64,000 nucleotides of DNA from Scenedesmus sp. PABB004 (lineage: Eukaryota), in contig JABVCE010000002.1 in assembly GCA_014905635.1 (NCBI GenBank), forward strand, positions 186,001-250,000, in the 5' to 3' direction. A model generated the notes under the pieces. It did no database searches and was not told the origin of the DNA. It saw only the letters and a program-made list of their open reading frames with translations. Below are positions 1 to 11,926 of the stretch, piece after piece; the stretch's first letter is position 1, and every line of letters starts with the position of its first letter. The position numbers were made by a program, and so were the translations under genes.

Positions 1-1538
1 AGGCGGCGGGCGGCGGCCGCCGCGCGCGCGCGCGCGCGGCAGCGGGCGGGCGGGCGGGCGGGCGGGCGCCTCCCGCCCGCCGCGTGTACAACCAGCAATT
101 GGTCGCGGCGCCCAGCCGCGGCCCGCGCCTGCACGGGGTGGGGGGGGCGGGGCGGGGGCCGCCGGCGCGCGCCGCGCGCCGGCGGCCGGCGGGCGGCGGG
201 CGGCCCGCTCGGCCGCGCCCGCGCGCACATGCACAGGCCTCTCTTGCTTCCAGGGGCGACGCAGGTTTCGGGAGGGGCGGCGCGCGGGCCCCCCGCAGAA
301 TGCCGGGAAAAGGGCAGCGCGCCCGCCGGCGGCAGCCGTCGCACGCCGCCGCTGACGGGCGGGCGTGGGCTGCGCGCGCCCGCCTGGCGTCGCACGCGGC
401 CGCGCGGTCTCATTGATTGTGCCGCGCGGCGGCGGCGGCGCAGGCGCGGGGAAGCGCCAGCAGCGGGGCCGACGCGGCGCCGCGTGGGCGGGGGTGATCG
501 ATCGGGGCGCGTCAACCCTGGGCAGGCGGGGCATGGGCGTGCGTGGCGGGCGCGGCGCGGGCGGCGCCGCGGCGCGGCGGCCGGCGGGGGCGGGCCCTCC
601 GGGCGCGCCCCCGTGCGGCGCGCGCGAGCGGGGTGCTGCTGCAGCGATGCAGCCGCCTTGTGTGTACACTACGGCTGGCAAGAGCGGCGGGCGGGGCGCG
701 CGTGAACGGTCGGGCCTCTTCGCCGCCTCTGTTGTATTGGGTGGCGCGTGTACCTGTATGGTGGTGGTGGTGCGTCCCGTGTGCTCGGATGGAACGGAGT
801 GTACCACCAAGCGTTGGCTCCCTCGGCGGCGCGGGCGTGCGCTGCGTGCGCTGCGCGCCTTTTGTCTCGACTCGACTTGTGTTTGGCCCCCGCGCGCCGC
901 GGCGGCGCGTCTCGGCCGCCCGCGGGGGCGCGCCGGCTGGGCCGGCCGCGTGTGCGCTGCAGGCAGCGCCGCGGCGTGGGGCCGTGTGCCGCGAGGCACT
1001 GCTGGCTGGCTGGCGGGCGGAGTGCAGGCGCTGCGTCGCGGCGCCGTCACAGAGGCGCGCCCGCGCGTGCAACCCCAGGCCAGGTCGCCGCCCCCGCACG
1101 AGCAGCTCGAGCTAGATAGAGGCGGCGGACGGCGGGCGCTCGCTCGCTCTCCTGGCCGCTTACCCTGCCGCTGCTGCCCTCACGGCCGCAGCCGCTCCCT
1201 TCAGCAGCAGCGCACGCACGCCGCCGCGCATCGCCGCAGCGCGCCGCACCGAGGCACACACGGATCGCCAGCGCCCCCGGCCCCGCCCGCCCCGTCCCTC
1301 CCGCTAGGCGCTAGGCTCTGTCCCCGCCTGCACAACAATACCCAGACTGCCGACGCGCTGCGGGCGGCGCTGGCCGCGCGCGCGCCCGCTGCTGGCCGCC
1401 GCCCCTCCCCACTCCGCGCGCTGCGCGGCGCGGAGTGGCGCCGCCCGCCCCGCCCTGCCCCCGCCCCCGCCGCCGCTGCGGCGCCGGCCCGGCCCGCCCC
1501 GCCCAAGCTGCAGCTCGCTCGCGTCGCCGGCGCCGCGC

Positions 1539-2784
<1,246 letters not shown>

Positions 2785-3144
2785 GGCGCCTGCTGCTGCG
2801 GGCGCGCGCCGAGGGAGGCTGCTGCTCCGCGCGTCTGCTCCGGCCGCTGCGCAGCTCGCGGTCGCGCCGAGCGTGGTGCGTGCGACGGCGATGTCGCGAG
2901 AGCGGGCTGGGGGGCCCGAGCGCCCACGCCCTGCTCTCCCGCGCCCCGACCGGCCGAGGTCCAAGCGCACAGCGCAGGCCGCTGCGGGTCACGCCGCGCC
3001 TCCCAGAGACCGCCCGGACCGCTCTCTCGCTTCCGCGCACGTGCTGACGCCCCGCAGGCTCGCACAGACGCCGCACGGCTCTTGGCGCGCTCGCGGCGCA
3101 TCGAACCGAAGCCTCTCCGCCGCCCCGCGCGGGCCGGCGCCAAG

Positions 3145-5531
3145 ATGATGCCCATGATGGGGATGGTGCGGCGATCGCTCACGTCGGCCCGCCCGCCGCC
3201 CGCGTGCGGCCCTGGAGGCGGCAGGGGCGTGCTGCTGCTGATCGCCCCCCCGCCCGCCCCGGCCCCGCCGCGGCGCCGGCGCCGCAGCAACCCCAAATCA
3301 TCCTGCTCAAGGAGGGCACCGACACGAGCCAGGGAACGCCGCAGCTGGTCAGCAACATCAACGCCTGCATGGCGCTCGCCGACACCGTGCGCACGACGCT
3401 CGGCCCGCGCGGCATGGACAAGCTCATCCACGACGACAAGGCGCGCCCCGCCGCCGGGACCGCCGTGCCACCGACGTCAGCGGGGGGGGGGGGGGGGCAC
3501 GTGGCCGCGCGCTGCGCGCGCACCGGCGGCGACGGCGGCGGCGGGGGCGGCGGCGGCGGGGGCGGCGGGGGCCCATCGGCGGGCGCGGCGCGGCGCGGCG
3601 CGGCGACGGGCTGCGTGGCGTGGGTGCAGCAGCGGCAGGAGAGACCGGCCGCGGCGCTGCCGGCGGGCTGCGTGCGTGCGGCGGCGGCGGCCGACCGGCG
3701 GCGCCCGCGCGCGCGCCGCGCGGCCGCAGGGGCGCGTGACCATCTCCAACGACGGCGCGACGATCATGAAGCTGCTGGACGTGGTGCACCCCGCCGCCAA
3801 GACGCTCGTGGACGTCAGCCTCTCGCAGGACGCCGAGGTGCGCGGCGACGCGCGGCGCGGCGGCAGCTGCGCGTCGCAGCCGCCGGCGTGGAGGCGCGGG
3901 CGGCCACCCGCCCCGCCGCGGCCGCCCACCCCCGCCGCCCGGCGCCGCGCCGCGCAGGTCGGCGACGGCACGACCACGGTGGTGATCCTGTCGGGCGAGT
4001 TCCTGCGCGAGGCCAAGCCCTTTGTGGAGGAGGGCGTGCACCCGCGGGTGCGGCGCCGCGGGCGTCGCGCCCGCCCCGCTCCGCGCTCCGCCGCCCCGCC
4101 CGCGCCGGCCCTCTCGCCCTCACCCCTCACCTCTCCGCTCCCCCTGCCTCATCCCCGCGCCGCAGAGCATCATCAAGAGCTACCGCGCCGCGTGCGCGCT
4201 CGCGGTGGAGACGGTCAAGGCGCTGAGCGTGAGCCTCGAGGGCAAGGGCGACGACGAGAAGCGCGAGCTGCTGATCAAGTGCGCCGCGACGAGCCTCAAC
4301 TCCAAGCTGGTGCGGGGGGAGCGCAGCGCAGCGCGCGCCGCGGGCGCGCGGGGCGGGACGCTGCCCCGCCCGCCCGCGCGGGGGCCGCGCCGCGCCGCGG
4401 GGTGCCGCGCCGCGACGCGCCCGCCGGCGCGCGCCGTGCGCGCGCGCAGGTGTCTGGCGAGCGCGACTTTTTCGCGGCGATGGTCGTCGACGCGGTGCGC
4501 TGCCTCGACCCCTCCACGCTGGAGGTGCGCATGGTGGGCATCAAAAAGGTCATCGGCGGCGGCCTGCGCGACAGCTTCATGGTCGACGGCGTGGCCTTCA
4601 AGAAGACCTTCTCCTACGCCGGCTTCGAGCAGCAGCCCAAGGCCTTTGACAGTGCGGCGCGCGCGCGCGCGGCGGCGGCGGCGCGGCGCGGGGCGGGGCG
4701 TGCGCGGGGGCGTGCGCGGGGAGGCGCCCCTGCTCCCGGCGCCTCACGCCCCCCTCTTTCCTTTACCCCCCTCTCTCCCACCCCCCCCCCCCCCCCCCAG
4801 ACCCCAAGATCCTGCTGCTCAACATCGAGCTGGAGCTCAAGAGCGAGAAGGAGAACGCAGAGGTGCGCGCGCGTGTGCGCGCCGGCGCCGCCCGCCCTGT
4901 CCCCCCTGCTCCCCCCTCCTCCGACCCCTCACCCCCTCGTTCCCTCACCCGTTCACGCGCCCTCACCCCTTCACACCCCCTCGCGCCCCCACCCGTGCAC
5001 GCCCCGCCGCCCCGCCGCCCCGCCGCTCCAGATCCGGCTGGACGACCCTGCCGCCTACCAGTCGATCGTGGACGCCGAGTGGAACATCATCTACGACAAG
5101 CTCGCCAAGTGCGTGGCCAGCGGCGCGAGCATCGTGCTCTCCCGCCTCGCCATCGGCGACCTCGGCACGCAGTACTTTGCCGACCGCGGCGTCTTCTGCG
5201 CGGGGCGCGTCCAGGAGGACGACCTGCAGCGCGTCGCCAAGGCCACGGGTGCGCGCCGCGCCGCGCCGCGCGCGCTGCGCGGCGCGCCGGGCCTGGCGTG
5301 CGCGGCCGCCCGCACCGTCCCGCGCTCTCACCCCCTCACACTGTCATGACACCCCCCCCCCAAACGCCCCCAGGCGCGCGCATGCAGACGACGGTGAACA
5401 ACCTCGACACCGCGGTGCTCGGCACCTGCGCGCGCTTCGAGGAGCGCCAGGTGCGCCGCGCCGCGCCGCGCCCCGCCCGCCGCCGCGCCCCACCGCCGCG
5501 CCCTCCCTCTCTCCCTCTCCCTCTCTCCCTT

Positions 5532-5574
<43 letters not shown>

Positions 5575-6463
5575 GCACACGCACCCCCCCCCCCACACAC
5601 ACACACACCCACCCACCCACCCACCCGCCCACACACACACCCCGCACCCACCCGCCCACCCGCCCACCCCCGCCAGGTCGGCGGCGAGCGGTACAACCTG
5701 TTCACCGGCTGCCCCCAGGCGCGCACAAGCACGATCGTGCTGCGCGGCGGGAGCGAGCAGTTCATCGACGAGGCCGAGCGCTCGCTGCACGACGCGATCA
5801 TGATCGTGCGCCGCGCGCTCAAGCACGCGCACGTCGTCGCGGCGGCGGCGCGGTCGACATGGCGCTCAGCGCCGCGCTGCGCGGCCACGCGCGCGGCATC
5901 GCGGGCAAGTCGCAGCTCTTCATAAACGCCTACGCCAAGGCGCTCGAGGCCATCCCGCGCCAGCTCTGCGACAACGCGGGCTTCGACGCGACAGACGTGC
6001 TCAACAAGCTCCGCCAGAAGCACGCGCTCGCTGACGGCTCCGGCAAGGTGCGGCGCGCAGGCGGCGCTGGCGCGCGGGCGCGCGCGCGGGCTGGGCGTCG
6101 GCCGGCCGCCAGGCCCCGCGCGCGCCGCGCGCGGCGCGCGCTGGAGCTCCCCGCCCACCCCGTCCGCCCGGTCGTCTGCCTGCCGCCGCCGCGCCGCTGC
6201 CTGGCGCGTCCGCACAGTACTTTGGCGTGGACGTGAACAGCGGGGGCGTGGTCAACACGTTTGACGCGTACGTGTGGGAGCCCGCGCTGGTCAAGCTCAA
6301 CGCGATACAGAGCGCCACCGAGGCGGCCTGCCTCATCCTCAGCGTCGACGAGACCGTGCGCAACCCGCGCAGCGAAGCGCCCGACGCGTCGCCCATGGGC
6401 GGCGGGCGCGGCATGGGCCGCGGCGGCATGCGCGGCCGCGGGCGGGGCATGATGCGCCGCTGA
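3145..6463 (+). CDS. CCT7: T-complex protein 1 subunit eta (CCT7), multi-exon
   Basis: [84 protein letters not shown] and a GRGMGRGG tail. Apparent 1-nt deletion near 5841. Confidence 0.96.
5500..5645. repeat. (CT)n/(CA)n microsatellite in a CCT7 intron
   Basis: Direct reading of the sequence. Confidence 0.85.
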
Positions 6464-6684
6464 GCCGCGCCGCGGGCCGGGGCGGCGGCGCGGCGCAGCA
6501 GCGCGCGGCGCGGACCGGACCGGGCGCCTCTCCCCCTGTACAGCTGTAGCGTGTGTGCGTGTGCGTGCGCGCGCCGCCGCGGCCGCGCACCGGGGCGCGG
6601 CGGCACGCCCGGAGGCGGCGCGCTGCAGGCGCAGCGCGCTGGCCGGCGGGCCGGCTGCCAGCCGTGTGGGTGCGGCGGGCCGGG

Positions 6685-6689
6685 TGTAA
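6685..6689 (+). promoter_or_regulatory. TGTAA chlorophyte polyadenylation signal (CCT7)
   Basis: TGTAA about 220 nt after the CCT7 stop. UGUAA is the established chlorophyte signal. Confidence 0.55.
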
Positions 6690-6719
6690 TCGTCGGGCCG
6701 CGGTCACAACTCGCCAGGC

Positions 6720-7870
6720 CCTATGGCGCGGGCGCCGCCCCCGCCCCGGCCTCCTGCTGCCCGGCCGCTGCTGCGCCCCCGCCCCAGCCTGAGGCTGCTG
6801 CTGCCGCCGCCGCTCCTCGCCCCACCGCGCGAGCAGCGCCCCGACCTCTGGCGCGGCGCCTTCGAGCGACCGCTGCAGGCTGCGGCTGTCGCGCCGGCTG
6901 GCCGCAAGCAGCAGCTCGTCCAGCACGCCCTCGAGCTGCGCGAAGCCCGCGGCCGCCGTGTACGCTCGCAGGAAGGCCGCAAACTCGGCCGAGCTCAGCG
7001 CGCCGTCGCCGTCGGCGTCGTGCGCCGCCAGCACGCTCGCCGCCTCGCGCAGCAGCGCGGCCATGTCCTGCGCGGGGCGCGCGCAGCGAGGCCGCGCTGG
7101 GCGCGCGCCGGGCGGCGGCCGGGCGGCGGCCGGGCGGCGCGCTGGGCGTGCGGCGCGCACACCTGCTTGGTGGCGGTCGGCAACGAGCTGAGCTTGGCGA
7201 GGCCCTGGCAGAGCTGCGCAAAGCTGACGCTTGCGGCGCCGCCCGACCACAGCGCGAACAGCGCCCCGAGCTTGCGGCTGGCGCTCGGCGGCGCCTCACC
7301 GTTGGCGGCGGGCGGCCCTGCGCCCGCCGCCTCTGCCGCCTGCGCCGCGGCTGCAGCTGCGGCCGCCTCGCTCGGTGGTGCCGGCGCTGCTGCAGCTGCG
7401 GCCGCCTCGCCCGGTGGCGCCGGCGCGTGGGTGCTGGCCAGCAGCAGCTTGCGAGCGGTCTCGAGCAGCGGCACGCCGGCGAGCTCCGACACCCTGCGCG
7501 CGGGCGCGCGCTCGGCGCCGCCCGCTCCGCCGCGCTGGCCTGCGCGCGGCGCGCAGCGCGCCGCGCCGCTGGCCTCCGCTCCGCCCCGCTGGCCTGCGCG
7601 GCGCGCCGCGCCGCGCCGCGCCGCTCACTTTGAGAGCAGTGCCTCAAACTCCTTCCGGCTCAGTTTCTGGTCAAGGTTCGCATCCGCCACGAGCAAAGCC
7701 TCCAGGGCAGCGTTCGCCGCGCTCGCGCCGCCCAGCTCGGGGCTGAGTGCGTGGAACAGCGCCGTGACTTCCGACAGCTCCAGGTGCTCCGTGCGCTCGC
7801 GGTCGAAGGCATCAAACAGCGCGGCGATCGCCTGCGCTGCGTCGCCGCCCGGCGCCGCCGCGCCGGGCAT
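6720..7870 (-). CDS. EF-hand calcium-binding protein (3' end uncertain)
   Basis: Exons with EF-hand-like loops FDAFDRERTEHLELSE, DANLDQKLSRKEF and HDADGDGALSSAEF, plus GT-AG junctions near 7627 and 7161. Confidence 0.65.
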
Positions 7871-8160
7871 CGCTGGCGGTGCGGCGGCGACGAGGCCGCT
7901 GCCGCTGCTGCTGCGCTCGCTGAGCGTTCTGCTGCTGCTGCTGCGAGCGCTCTGAGCGCCTGTCCTGTCCAAGCGGCGCCGGGCTCGCTGCGCTGCGGCG
8001 CTCGCTCTGCTGCGGCGGTCTCCTGCTGCTGCTGCTGCTGCGCCCGCTGCGGCTCCTCTCGTGTCACGTTGATCTGGATCGCACTCTGGTTCGCCTCCAA
8101 GCCGCATGTTGCCAATTGCCGCCGTGTCGCGCGGCGCCGTCCCAGAACCGCCGCCGGGGC

Positions 8161-8224
8161 TCAGCCCGCGCGCCCGCGGCCGCGCGCGTGCCCCCGGCCC
8201 CGTGCGGCGGCGCCGCGCCCGCGC

Positions 8225-8259
<35 letters not shown>

Positions 8260-10131
8260 AGCGCTGCCCGCCCCCGCGGCCGCCGCCTCGCCCTCCTCGC
8301 CCTCCTCGCCCTCCTCGGTCTGCTGCAGCGCGCCCGGCGGGAGGGTGGACGGGGCCTTGGTCACGTAGAGGAGCCCCGACAGCGCCTCGGCCTCGCCCGC
8401 GTCCGGCAGCGGCGACCCGTGCCGCTTCTCCCACTCCGCCAGCAGCTTCTGCACCAGGCTCCGGTCGGGCTCGCCGTCGGCGGCGTGCGGGCGCCAGGGG
8501 GCCGGGAACCAGGCCAGCACGGCGCCGCGCGCCGCCTCGCCGTCGGACAGCAGCGCGCGCACCTCGCCCGCGTCGAGCGCCGGCCCGCCGCCGCCGAGCA
8601 GCAGCGCGGCGGCGCGCTGGAACGCCATCGTCGCGGTCGCCGCGTCGTGCCGCGCGGCCGCCGCCGCCGCGAGGCCGCGCTCGAGGAACGCCGCCGCGAG
8701 CGGCATGGCCTGGTTGTTCATCGCGCAGCGCGCAAACAGGCTGTACCCGAGCGCGTGGCCCGGCAGGCACGCGGCCATGGCGGCCATGTCCTTCTGCTGC
8801 GCCGCGTAGCACGCGGCCTGGCGCTGCGTGTCGCCGAGCAGGTGGCACACCGCGCCCATGTGGTGCTCCACGAGGCCCCGCACATAGTGCATGAGCCACC
8901 GCACCTGCGGCCCGCGGGGGCGGCGGCGCGCGGCGCGGCGGGCGGTGGAGTGGTGCGGCGGGTGGGCGGGGCGGGGCGGGCGCAGCGCGCGGTGCGCAGC
9001 GCCCCGCGCCGTGCGCGGACGTCCGACCTGCGCGCAGCCAAACTCGAGCGGCGCGGGCGGCGCGCCGCCGTCGGCGCCGCCGTCGCGCACGAGCCACGCG
9101 CACGGCCCGCCGCCGGCGGACGCCACGGCGGCGTCCACGAGCGCGGCGAGCTGCGCGTCGAGCGCGGCCGCGTTGTCGGCGTCGGCGCAGCTCGCGATCG
9201 CGAGCGTTGCGTAAACCAGCAGCGCCTCGTCCGCGGCTGCGCACGCGCACACACGGGCGGCGCGCGGGCGCGGGCGAGCGTTGGGCGTGGGCGCGGGCGC
9301 TGGCGCGGGCGTGGTGTTGTCTGCGGCGCGCAGCGCAGCGGCGGCGCGGCGGGCTCACGCAGGTCGTTTGGTCCCTGTGAGAAGTTGAGGTAGACGTAGA
9401 GGCTGATGAGCGCAGCGGTGGCCATGCGGAGCAGCTCGCTCGCGCTCGTGCACATCACGTCGGGCCCGACCTTGGACGGCACGCCAAACGCCGCGCCGCC
9501 GGCGCCCGGCGCAGCGGACTGCACGAACGGCGCGACCATGCCGCTCGCGGTGAGGGCGGGCTCGAGCAGGTCGCCGTGGATGATCGCCTGTGTGCCGCTC
9601 ACGCCCTGGAAGTACGCCGCGAGCCAGGCCAGCAGGATGCTGCGCGGCGGGGCGGGGCGGGGCGGGGCGAGGCGGGTTGCACGCACGACCTGCGCCTGCC
9701 GAGCAGCGCTCAGCTCCTGCATGCATGCGTGCGGGCGGCCGCCAGCCCGGCGCCGCGCGCGCACCCGTCCTGGTCGGCCAGTGTCTCCTCATCCGGCGGC
9801 TTGCGGCTGAGCAGCTGCGCCTTCACGTGCTCCAGCAGCTCCAGGCTCTTCAGCAGCGCCCTGCCGGCAGCAGCCGGCGCGCGGACGGCGGCGGGCACGG
9901 CGTCGGCGGACAGCGCCGGCGGGCGGCGGGCGCGGCAGCGAGCGCCGCCGGTCGCCACCTGCAGCTGAACGAGCGCTCCGAGGGGGCGATGTCCTCCAGT
10001 GGAGCCAGGATGGAGGCGAGCGTGGGCGCGGCAGCGGCGCCGCCGCCGCCGGCAATGGCCGCCGCCGCGCCGTCGCCCTCGAGCTCGGCCTGCTGCTCGC
10101 CCGCCGCCCTTTCCGCGGCATCCTGCACCAT
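8161..10131 (-). CDS. Hypothetical multi-exon helical protein
   Basis: Coding-like segments (MVQDAAERAAGEQ.., LLKSLELLEHVKAQLL, SILLAWLAAYFQG..YLNFSQGPNDL, VRWLMHYVRGLVEHH..LLYVTKAP) flanked by splice sites. No family recognised. Confidence 0.6.
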
Positions 10132-10913
10132 GACGGGCACGACGCGACTGCTGCCGCGGGCCGGCGAGTGCTGTGCAGCTGCGGCGCTGGCGGCTCGCTG
10201 CTGCGCACGCGCGGGCGGCGCTGCGGCTCGCGCGGCGGCTGGGCGCGGTGCGGGAGCTCTCTCTGGTGGCCCACGAGAACGGGGGGCGACCTGGGCCTGG
10301 GGTTTGCACGCCCGGGCGAGCGTGCGTCTGTCACACGCAGCGCCTGCACGCCGCGCCGCCGACCCCCACCCGCGCCGTGCCTTGCGGCGGCGGCGGCGGC
10401 GGCGGCACACCGCCCGCGCCGCCGCCGCACTGCCTGCACAGCGCACACGCGGCCGGGGCCGCCGCGCGCGCGCGGCTCTCGGCGAGAGCCGCCGCGGCCG
10501 CGGCGCTCGCGCGTCACGGCGCTGGCGGCGCATTTGCGGCGGCGGCGGCGTGCCAGTGTTGGCGCGCGCTCTGCGGCGGCCCGCCGCGCCGGGCCGGCGC
10601 GCGCGCGCGCTCGCCCCCGCGGCGCAGCGCGGCGCGGCGGCACCTGCCTGCCTGCGTCGGGCGGGTGGGAGGGGCGCGCGAGCGAGCGCCGATCGAGCAC
10701 CGCGGTGCCACCCGCCGGGCGCCCCAACCCTCGCGGCACACCCGCCCGCGCCCGAGACGGCCCGATCGCGCTGCGCGCCCGCCCGCGCACACCGAGCGCG
10801 CGCTGGTCCGCGGCGGTGCACCCGCCAAGGCGAGCCCCGCAGCCCGCAGCAGCGCCGCGGCCAGCTCATGGACGGCCGCAGCGCCTAGGAGGGCAGCAAC
10901 GGGCGCCGCAGCC

Positions 10914-11892
10914 ATGGAGGAGGCCAGGGCGGCCAACGGCGCGGAGCTGGGCGCGCCGGCAGAGTCGGGGGCGTCGTGCGGAAGCGAGGCAGCAGCGATG
11001 GAGGGCCTTGAGGCCTCCCCGGCCCCTGCGGACCGCCCCGTGGGCGAGCGGCTGCTGTTCTGCGCCGAGGTGCTGATCGGCTACAAGGTCGAGGTCCAGG
11101 TGCGGCCCCGCGGGCCGGCGCTGGGGGGGTGGGGCGTGATGGCCTCGCAACCCCCGGGCCCCACCGCGCCCCTGGCGCCGCGCCGCAGCTCGTGGACGGC
11201 ACGGTCTGGGAGGGCGTGTTCCACACCATGAAGGTGGAGGGACCCCACACGCACGTGGTGGTCAAGTACGCCAAGGTCGTGCGCGACCCGTCCATCACAG
11301 CAGAGGGCCTGCAGGCCCTCGCGCAGGCGCCAGAGGCCGTGCGGCTGTTCCACTCCGACGACGTCGCGGGCGTGGTGGCCAAGGACGTGCGCATGGCGCC
11401 GGAGGACCTCGGCAGCGAGGCGTACGACCTGGGCTTCGAGACCGACGCCGCGATCAGCCGCGGCCGCGGCGGGTGCGCGCCGCGCCGCCGGGAGCGGCGG
11501 CGGCGCCGGCAGCGGCGCAGGGAACGGCGGCGGCAGCAGCGGCGGCAGCAGCAGCAGCAGCGGCGGCAGCAGCGGCAGCAGCAGCGGCAGCAGCAGCGGC
11601 AGCAGCGCGCCGCGCCGCGCCTGCCGACGCCCGTCGCCGGCCGCTCGCAGGCTGGTGAACCGAGAGCTCGTGGCCTGGATGCCCGACCCCGACGACTCCG
11701 CCGACGCGGCGATGTTTGGGCTCGAGGAGAGCCACACGGCGGGGTGGGACCAGTTTGCGGTCAACGAGAAGAAGTTTGGCTACCAGTCGGGCTGGAACGA
11801 GGACTACTACACCGTGCGCCTCGACAAGAACAAGTGAGCCGCTGCAGCGGCAGCACGGTGGAGCCGGCGGCAGCGGCAGCAGCAGCAGCAGC

Positions 11893-11926
<34 letters not shown>

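Noticed and set aside
5835..5850. Frameshifts in CCT7 (~5841), ataxin-2-like (~14266), RPC17 (~16698), VHL protein (~38498, ~40021) and RIX1-like (~42120) as pseudogenes or programmed frameshifting
   Set aside because: All fall in short G/C homopolymers or a (CG)n run, several in essential genes. This pattern is typical of long-read consensus error.
11500..11925. PolyQ expansion analogous to human ATXN2
   Set aside because: The CAG tracts are intronic, and similar tracts occur throughout the window.
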